Below are positions 8,775 through 15,874 of a stretch of 64,000 bases of DNA, in pieces. The position numbers and the translations under genes were made by a program. Below the pieces are notes generated by a model. It was given only the letters and a program-made list of their open reading frames with translations, had not been told where the DNA came from and made no database searches. Position 1 is the stretch's first letter, and the number at the start of each line of letters is the position of its first letter. The stretch is from Verrucomicrobiia bacterium. Lineage in GTDB: Bacteria; Verrucomicrobiota; Verrucomicrobiia; Limisphaerales; UBA1319. The stretch spans positions 4,000,001-4,064,000 of the forward strand of contig OY760937.1 of the NCBI GenBank assembly GCA_963664225.1, given 5' to 3'.

Positions 8775-11114
8775 TTACTCCGGATCGGGTCTGGGCGCCC
8801 GCAGATACGGCGGCACATAAGGATTGGATATGGAGTGGACCTTTGCCGCGCTGAAGTCTGACTTGGCGCCGTGGCAGAGGGTACAGGTCTCCCTTTCATC
8901 GCCACTCCATGGATCGACCAGTGTCGGATCCGCAGTCATGATGGTAGCGTGCGCCTGAGCCACATCGCTGTCATGGCAGGCCAGGCAGGCGACGCGGGAA
9001 GGTTTTTCATTCCAACTCGACGAGATATGGCACTTGGTGCAGTTGCGAATATCCTGAGGGAATATTACGCGCGAGAGTGAGCCGCCGGAAACGACTTCAT
9101 CCGGTTTGGCCAGGTAATTTCCAAAGTGGATGCCATGCACGCGGCGGTTCAGCGGTGAAACACCAAATCCGCTCTGTGAGTCTGTCCAATTGGTCTTACC
9201 GGTAAACTGGTTCATGTTGTCATGGCAGCTCTTGCAGATGTCAGGAATCAAGGGGACCGCGCGGGAAGTTGCATGCATTCTCGCATCCCCATGGCAATCC
9301 GTGCAATTCCCAGCCACTACAGGCTCAATATTCGTCGTGCCAACCTGGAAGTTGATATAGGCCCAACCTCCGGGGAAGGCTTGAGGCATGATGTCCGCAA
9401 AGACCGTGTAGGTGCCTGCGGCCAGATTGGTCACATCATCCAGTTGGTAAATGATGGCGGTGTCTGTGCGGGTGATTCTTGGATCGCGTTTGGAGGCGGA
9501 GCGCATGAACCGAAGCTCATTATTGGCATAGCTGGCCGACGGAACAGCGATATCAGCCGCAGTGGTCAGCACGGGCACGGTGTCGGCACGCGGTCCAGAT
9601 ACGAACAGGTTGGCCCGTTTCCATTCATTCGGCTGGACATTGGTTGAAACCAGGGGATCCACCATGTTGGTGGGGTTAATCACAGTGCCGGAGGCAATAT
9701 CGGTCACCTGGATGCTAACGGTGGGTTTTTCGCCCGCAATGTAGAATTTGCCGTTCGCGGGAGTGCTCATGGTCAACGTCACCTTATCCTGGAAATTGGG
9801 AGGGACGACTTGGGACACATGGTTTTCAGTGATTGAATCTGAATCATGGCAGGCCGAGCAACGCGAATCATCGTTGCGCTGACCACCGCCATGAAGCACG
9901 CGGCCCGGAGGCAGCGTGGCCGCCGATCCGAACCAGGTATTATCATGGCAACTGCCGCAAGCCATCCGAGTGGGGGCTGTTTTCCAAACGTCAGTTTTAT
10001 GACAGACGGTGCAGTTGCGGACGTCTGCGGGGAAAGCCAGATGTGTGTAGTCCCGGAAATTACCGGTGACTTCATTGGTGTTGAAATCCGAAGTCAATAG
10101 TTCGCCCATATGCACGCCATGGACCCGGAGCACAATCGCATCGGACACTTTGCCGCCAGTAACCGAGGCATCACTATAGGAAGCATAGCCATCGTTGTTA
10201 TGGCAGAGTTTGCAGGAACGAACCGGCTCCATGTCGTAGCTCCAACTGCCAAGGGATGTTCCACTGGGATCGATATGGTGCAAGTAAATCTTGCCGCTGA
10301 TGGTGCCTTTATGGCAGGGGATGCAACTGGTCTTTTCCACCACTTGAGCTTCCGGAACATTTGTGCCGATCTGGATATCGACATATTTCATGATCTGCTG
10401 GAGGGCATCGGTGCCCAGCACCGCGCGCACGCATAAGGAATAAGTGCCCGGGGCTTCATCGGTCACCGGTTGCAGGGCGTAGGTCAGCGTGGTGCCATTA
10501 ATCTGAACATTGGGATTGGTCTTCAGGTTGACGAAATGGTGTGGGGTCTTGGTTCGGTCTCCCGTTACATTCAACAATTTTAGCGCGGTCACCGTTTTTA
10601 TCGGATCCTGTGGGCCATCCATATAAAGATTGAAGGTGGCAAGCTGGTCCTTGGTGATTCCCTGCGCAAAGTTGTCCAGAATGGTCATTGTAACAACAGG
10701 GGCTTCACCAACGACGAAATGGGTTCCATTGGCCGGGGTGGATGCCTTGATCAGGACATTCCATCCCTTTAATTCCGCAATGACCTGATCTTCGCTGAGC
10801 ACGCGGTAAAAGGCGGCCTGGTCATACCCCATGGGAAACATGGCGATATAGACCCCCGGTTGAATCTGCGAAACACGGGCGTCTGTAATGTCAGTCCATG
10901 GTGTATTGGTATCAACCGAAGTGCGGCTCTGGATACGGAAAGGCCCGGCGGAACCCCGGAACGTGATCATCGTATCGCCGGCCTGTGGCTTGGACAGGGA
11001 GAGGATATTCGGTGCTGCCGGGGGTGAGACTTGCGCCGAGAGCTTTCCTGGAAGCCCCAGCGATATAACCAGCGAAAGCGCGGTTAATCCTGTGGTCAAT
11101 GCACGTGTTATCAT
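8775..11114 (-). CDS. OmcA/MtrC-family decaheme c-type cytochrome, secreted
   Basis: Ten CxxCH motifs in two groups of five (CIPCH, CKLCH, CTVCH, CGSCH, CSACH; CTDCH, CKSCH, CTKCH, CLACH, CTLCH), each group preceded by a heme-free beta-rich domain; VHG[VI]H motifs; Sec-type signal from ATG 11114. Confidence 0.9.
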   Translation of the reverse strand: MITRALTTGLTALSLVISLGLPGKLSAQVSPPAAPNILSLSKPQAGDTMITFRGSAGPFRIQSRTSVDTNTPWTDITDARVSQIQPGVYIAMFPMGYDQAAFYRVLSEDQVIAELKGWNVLIKASTPANGTHFVVGEAPVVTMTILDNFAQGITKDQLATFNLYMDGPQDPIKTVTALKLLNVTGDRTKTPHHFVNLKTNPNVQINGTTLTYALQPVTDEAPGTYSLCVRAVLGTDALQQIMKYVDIQIGTNVPEAQVVEKTSCIPCHKGTISGKIYLHHIDPSGTSLGSWSYDMEPVRSCKLCHNNDGYASYSDASVTGGKVSDAIVLRVHGVHMGELLTSDFNTNEVTGNFRDYTHLAFPADVRNCTVCHKTDVWKTAPTRMACGSCHDNTWFGSAATLPPGRVLHGGGQRNDDSRCSACHDSDSITENHVSQVVPPNFQDKVTLTMSTPANGKFYIAGEKPTVSIQVTDIASGTVINPTNMVDPLVSTNVQPNEWKRANLFVSGPRADTVPVLTTAADIAVPSASYANNELRFMRSASKRDPRITRTDTAIIYQLDDVTNLAAGTYTVFADIMPQAFPGGWAYINFQVGTTNIEPVVAGNCTDCHGDARMHATSRAVPLIPDICKSCHDNMNQFTGKTNWTDSQSGFGVSPLNRRVHGIHFGNYLAKPDEVVSGGSLSRVIFPQDIRNCTKCHISSSWNEKPSRVACLACHDSDVAQAHATIMTADPTLVDPWSGDERETCTLCHGAKSDFSAAKVHSISNPYVPPYLRAPRPDPE

Positions 11115-11365
11115 GGTTACGGTTGCTGTATTAGCGTTAACTTTCCTGCATTCTTCCTGGCCGGGAGTGGCAAGTGTTTCCATATCCAGTCGCGGTCTCA
11201 AAAATCCAGCGTTGAAAAAATCTTTCATGCGCTCTCGGAATCTGAAAAATGCTTCCCCCAAGATGAACCAAAACCACCCGATGGATCAAATGAATAGAAT
11301 CACCCAATGTTGTCTTATTTTAAGCATTAATTGCCATCCGCGCTAATGGATATATAAGCAACACT

Positions 11366-11380
11366 TACTCAACTTGAGTA
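11366..11380. promoter_or_regulatory. Palindrome TACTCAA-C-TTGAGTA upstream of the cytochrome gene (candidate operator)
   Basis: Perfect 7-1-7 inverted repeat in an AT-rich intergenic region. Confidence 0.45.
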
Positions 11381-11492
11381 TAAAGAGTAAATGTTTTAAT
11401 AATACGTAAAACTGATGGATAGACGCCGTTGCTTTCACCAAATAAAAAAATCAGATCGGCGTGACCGCCACGGCGGCGGTGCTGGCGCGCAC

Positions 11493-12887
11493 TTAAATGG
11501 TCACTTTTTGCCGGGGTGTGGGCACCACGACTTCGGACTTGGGTTTGGCCACTCGCAGGGTTTCCGCAAAGGCCAGGGACTGGGTTTCCTCGCCGTGAAT
11601 GACGAAGATTTTCTTGATGCTGCCATCCATGCGGTTGACGTAGCCAAGCAGCTCATTCTTATCCGCATGACCGGAAAAGGAATCGATGCTTTCGACGCGC
11701 GCATTGACCGTGTAAGGTTCGCCGAAGATGTTCACCACCTTCCTGCGCTCGAGGATTTGGGCCCCCAAAGTATTCTCCGCGCAATAGCCGATGAAGAGAA
11801 CAAGGTTGGCGGAATTGCCGATGTGGTTCTTGAGGTGATGCCGGATGCGCCCGGCTTCGCACATTCCCGAGGCGCTTATGATGATGGCCGGCTCCTTGAG
11901 ATCGTTTAGCTTCATCGAATGGGCCAGTTCCCGGATGTAGGTCAGGTTCTCCATGCCAAAGGGATTGGATTTTTCGCGAAGGAATTTGTAAATGTCGTCG
12001 TTGAAACATTCCGGGTGGAGCCGGTAAACCTCGGTGGCGTTCACGCTCAAGGGGCTGTCCACATAAATGGGGATCTTTGGCAAACGTCCCGCGTCGGTGA
12101 GTTGGTGCAGGGTATAGACGATGTCCTGGGTGCGACCGACGGAAAAGGAGGGGATGATGATCATTCCGTTATGTTCGAGCGTTTCGCTCACGTAACGGCA
12201 GACCTGCTCGCTGGCGCCCGGCTTGGACTCATGCTCACGCGCGCCGTAGGTGCTCTCGACTTGCAGATAATCCACACCCTCGACCGGCTGGGGATCGCGC
12301 AGGATTTCATCCCCGCCGCGGCCCACATCCCCGGAAAAGAGGTAGCGCAGTTTGCGTCCGTTTTCGTTCACATCGAGCACGACCTGGGCTGAGCCCAGGA
12401 TGTGGCCCGCATCCTGAAAAGTAAGAGTGACTCCATCGGCCACGGGAATGGGCCGGTCGTAATTCAGCGAAATAAACTGGCGCACCGCTTTCTCCGCGTC
12501 CGTGGCGCTATACAGCGGCTGCACGGGCGGCAGACCCTGTTTGGCCCGTTTGCGGGAGACGAATTCCGCATCCGCCTTTTGGATCTCGGCGGAGTCCTCG
12601 AGCATGATGCTCGCCAGGTCACGCGTGGCGAAGGTGCAATAGATGCTTCCGGAATACCCCTGGCGGCAGAGATTTGGGAGGTTGCCGCAATGGTCCATGT
12701 GCGCGTGACTGAGGATCACGGCGGACAGGTCACGGGCGTCGAACGGAAAATTCCGGTTCCGTTCGATCGATTCTTCACGCCGGCCTTGATACAGGCCGCA
12801 GTCCAACAGAATCCGCCGCCGGTTGACCTCCAGCAAATACATGGAACCGGTGGTCGTTCGAGTTGCCCCAAGGAATTGAATTTGCAT
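11493..12887 (-). CDS. Metallo-beta-lactamase/beta-CASP ribonuclease (YSH1/TTHA0252-like)
   Basis: SHAHMDH, AGHILGSA, FSGD, ESTYG, ASGMCEAGRIRHHL, FSGHAD motifs. Confidence 0.9.
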   Translation of the reverse strand: MQIQFLGATRTTTGSMYLLEVNRRRILLDCGLYQGRREESIERNRNFPFDARDLSAVILSHAHMDHCGNLPNLCRQGYSGSIYCTFATRDLASIMLEDSAEIQKADAEFVSRKRAKQGLPPVQPLYSATDAEKAVRQFISLNYDRPIPVADGVTLTFQDAGHILGSAQVVLDVNENGRKLRYLFSGDVGRGGDEILRDPQPVEGVDYLQVESTYGAREHESKPGASEQVCRYVSETLEHNGMIIIPSFSVGRTQDIVYTLHQLTDAGRLPKIPIYVDSPLSVNATEVYRLHPECFNDDIYKFLREKSNPFGMENLTYIRELAHSMKLNDLKEPAIIISASGMCEAGRIRHHLKNHIGNSANLVLFIGYCAENTLGAQILERRKVVNIFGEPYTVNARVESIDSFSGHADKNELLGYVNRMDGSIKKIFVIHGEETQSLAFAETLRVAKPKSEVVVPTPRQKVTI

Positions 12888-12977
12888 GGGACAACAATGC
12901 CCAAAACCCATCGGACGGCAAGCACTTGTGTGTGCGTTGCTTTTTGAAAATGACGCGCCGCTGGGAGTGGGCTGCGA

Positions 12978-13193
12978 TTACTGCCGGAATGTGATACGCG
13001 CCCGGTTCATGTCATAGGGGGACATCTCCACGCGGACATTATCGCCGACACTGATGCGAATGAAATTTTTGCGCATCTTGCCGGAAATATGGGCCAATAC
13101 TTCATGGCCATTCGGCAGAGCCACGCGAAACATCGTGCCCGGCAATACTTGAGTAACTGCACCTGTAATTTCAATCGGTTCTTCTTTAGCCAT
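12978..13193 (-). CDS. infA: Translation initiation factor IF-1
   Basis: [11 protein letters not shown]...[42 protein letters not shown]...RITFR. Confidence 0.97.
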   Translation of the reverse strand: MAKEEPIEITGAVTQVLPGTMFRVALPNGHEVLAHISGKMRKNFIRISVGDNVRVEMSPYDMNRARITFRQ

Positions 13194-13668
13194 GCTTCCC
13201 GCCTGTTTTTGCTTCATGCTCCCGGCCTACCTAACCAAAATAGCCGGAATGGCTTTCACGGTTTCTCAAACGTGAACAATGCCAATGTGCTCGTTTTCCG
13301 TTTCCAATTCAATCTGAAAACGGCAGGCGGAAAAAGCCGGACCGAGAAGGCATTTTTCAAAGTTGGGGAAATCAGGTGGAGGCGCTGAGGCTCGAATAGA
13401 AAACGCAGAAAATAAATACTTAGGCACTGAGTTGGAAATACTAAAAGATACGAAGCAGAAATTGCAAAACTGCCTGACGAAAACAGAGGAATCGCGGAAG
13501 GGATTTTGTATGGAGCGTGCAATCATCATACTGTTAAGGACCGACGATCAAAAAATGCCAATGCGAATCCTGTAACAAATCCGTTCCCCAGTGTGTTTGT
13601 GTTTGAGTAGTGCGATGAGTGGCCGATGGCCTTCTGGTGCGCAGACAACGATTAACGACAAGGTAATT

Positions 13669-15126
13669 ATGACAAAGGCATTCAATAAAATAATTCATCA
13701 ATTTGCAGGTGCTGGCCTATGCGCACTGGTGATTTTCAGCACGATCGGCATCGGATGCTCGCCCTCGAGGACCACGGAGTCTTCCCGGGTTACAGGCACC
13801 TGGCTCGGTAAAATCATTGTTCCAGGACTTGAACTGAGGACAGGCTTTATCATCAGGCAAACAACCAATGGAACCCTGGGTGGAACTCTGAGCAGCATCG
13901 ATCAGGGCGCGATGAATATTCCGCTGGATGAAGTCATTTGCACCAATAACCATCTAACAATCTCATTGCAGGCCATGCGGGCCAGCTTCGAAGGCACGGT
14001 TGAGGCCGATGGCAAAACCATTAATGGCAAATGGAAGCAAGGTGGTGGGGAATTGCCCCTGGCGCTGCAGAGAGTCGCCAAACTGCCTGAATTGAATCGA
14101 CCTCAAACTCCCACCAAACCCCATCCTTATCGGGAGGAGGAGGTGCGGTTCCAGAACAGCAGGGCAGCCATTACCCTGGCTGGCACATTGACTCTGCCCA
14201 AGTCTCAGGGACCTTTCCCCGCTGTGATTCTGCTGACCGGTTCGGGCCCTCAAAATCGGGATGAAGAGTTGTTTCAACACAAGCCCTTTCTGGTCCTTTC
14301 CGATTACCTGACACGACGAGGCATTGCGGTGTTGCGCATGGATGACCGGGGTGTCGGTGGTTCGACTGGAGATTTTTTCGCTGCAACGACGGGTGATTTT
14401 GCCGAAGATGCCCTGGCTGGTGTTGCATTTCTCAAGAGCCGCAAAGAAATTAAACCGGATGGGATTGGATTGGTCGGCCACAGTGAAGGTGGCATGATGG
14501 CTCCGATTGCCGCGGCTCAATCTCGGGATGTGGGTTTTGTCGTCATGCTGGCCGGAACGGGCGTGCCATTCGGTGAAGTTGTGGTCGGCCAGATTACGGG
14601 GGAAATTCGAAGGCAGGGAGCGCCAAATGAGGTGGTTGAGGCGATTCGCGCCTGGCACCTGAAGATGTACGAGATTGTGGGCAAGGCCACCGATGATGCA
14701 ACGGCTGAAAAAGAACTCCGAAATGCCTTCAATGCCCTCGATGCAAATGCCAGGCAAAGGATCGATTGGACACCCGCAAAACTGGATCAGGAATTGCCGG
14801 GCCTCTTGAAGCCTTGGTGGCGATATGCCATGCGCTACTCACCGAAAACCACTCTGGAACAGGTGAGGTGCCCGGTGCTCGCCCTGAATGGGAGCAAGGA
14901 CACCCAGGTGATTGCCGCGGATAATCTCAAATCGATCACAGAGGCGCTCAAAGTTGGCCGCAACAGCCATTCGGCCACCAGGGAATTATCAGGGCTGAAT
15001 CACATGTTTCAAACGGCCCAGACAGGCGCCGAATCCGAATACGTTCAAATCGAGGAAACGATGGCTCCGGTGGCGATGCAGACGCTTGGCGATTGGATTC
15101 TCCAATTGCCTTGCACCTCCAACTAA
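13669..15126 (+). CDS. Alpha/beta hydrolase (peptidase S33/S15-like), probable lipoprotein
   Basis: Lipobox-like IGIGC; GSGPQNRD, DDRGVGGS, GHSEGG nucleophile elbow, GSKDTQV, LNHMFQ. Confidence 0.85.
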   Translation: MTKAFNKIIHQFAGAGLCALVIFSTIGIGCSPSRTTESSRVTGTWLGKIIVPGLELRTGFIIRQTTNGTLGGTLSSIDQGAMNIPLDEVICTNNHLTISLQAMRASFEGTVEADGKTINGKWKQGGGELPLALQRVAKLPELNRPQTPTKPHPYREEEVRFQNSRAAITLAGTLTLPKSQGPFPAVILLTGSGPQNRDEELFQHKPFLVLSDYLTRRGIAVLRMDDRGVGGSTGDFFAATTGDFAEDALAGVAFLKSRKEIKPDGIGLVGHSEGGMMAPIAAAQSRDVGFVVMLAGTGVPFGEVVVGQITGEIRRQGAPNEVVEAIRAWHLKMYEIVGKATDDATAEKELRNAFNALDANARQRIDWTPAKLDQELPGLLKPWWRYAMRYSPKTTLEQVRCPVLALNGSKDTQVIAADNLKSITEALKVGRNSHSATRELSGLNHMFQTAQTGAESEYVQIEETMAPVAMQTLGDWILQLPCTSN

Positions 15127-15241
15127 AGACGCATTGAGTGATTGTGGCGTCAAATGGGCGCAATGATTTAACTCAAGACGGCAGGGGATGACGATTCGTC
15201 CAGACAAGCATCAACTCCTGCCGTTCTAATGTTGATGAGAA

Positions 15242-15706
15242 TTATCTGCTCGCCTTCCCGGTGAGCGCGTCGATCGAGATTTTGTACACACTGACTTTGT
15301 TCTCGTAACTTTCGATCATTTTCATCCCGCTTTCCATGTGGCCCGGCGAATACTTTTTCAACACTTCAATCAACGCCTTTTGCTTCTCAGCGCCGAGCAT
15401 TTCAGTGGCTTTTCCAAACACAATGGCGCTGTCATATTTTGAAGTGAACTTATCGGGCAGGACCTGCGTTTTACCCACCACGGTGAACGAGACCTTTTTA
15501 TTCGCCTTGATGTTCTCAATTTTGTGCCCCTCGGCCGCGCAGTGAAAATAGATGGCATCGTTCACATAACAATAATTGAGCGGCAGGCCATAGGGTTGCC
15601 CGTCTGCGGATGCAGTGGATAAAATTCCATACTCACCCTTCTGCAGGATGGCTTTGGCTTCATTCTCCGAGATGGCCCGGTCGGCGCGCCTGATTTTGTG
15701 TTCCAT
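15242..15706 (-). CDS. Pyridoxamine 5'-phosphate oxidase-family (NimA-like) flavin-binding protein
   Basis: IRRADR...YGILST...PYGLPLNY...IYFHCAAEGHKIENI...YDSAIVFG...LTGK pattern. Confidence 0.85.
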   Translation of the reverse strand: MEHKIRRADRAISENEAKAILQKGEYGILSTASADGQPYGLPLNYCYVNDAIYFHCAAEGHKIENIKANKKVSFTVVGKTQVLPDKFTSKYDSAIVFGKATEMLGAEKQKALIEVLKKYSPGHMESGMKMIESYENKVSVYKISIDALTGKASR

Positions 15707-15874
15707 AAAGTATCCCCTCTCAACAGGGGAAACGTAACGGGTTTCGATTGGTGTTTCCCGCGAGACTTATCCGATTATGCAATGCAGGGCAAGACTTGCC
15801 TGAATTACTTTGACCGGCCCACGAAGCGACCGGCGGGGTTGCGCAAATACCCGCCGATCGCCTATTACACTGCG

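Noticed and set aside
11115..11261. N-terminal extensions given by the ORF track (cytochrome; also GH127, hom, lysC, xylA, esterase, GH5-like)
   Set aside because: Downstream ATGs put the signal peptide or family N-terminal motif at the start
13256..13529. 87-88 aa ORFs upstream of infA
   Set aside because: Phe/Ser-rich products of pyrimidine bias in two overlapping frames; no motif or clear RBS
15242..15706. Nitroimidazole resistance (nim) gene
   Set aside because: Family resemblance alone does not show resistance, and there is no mobile context
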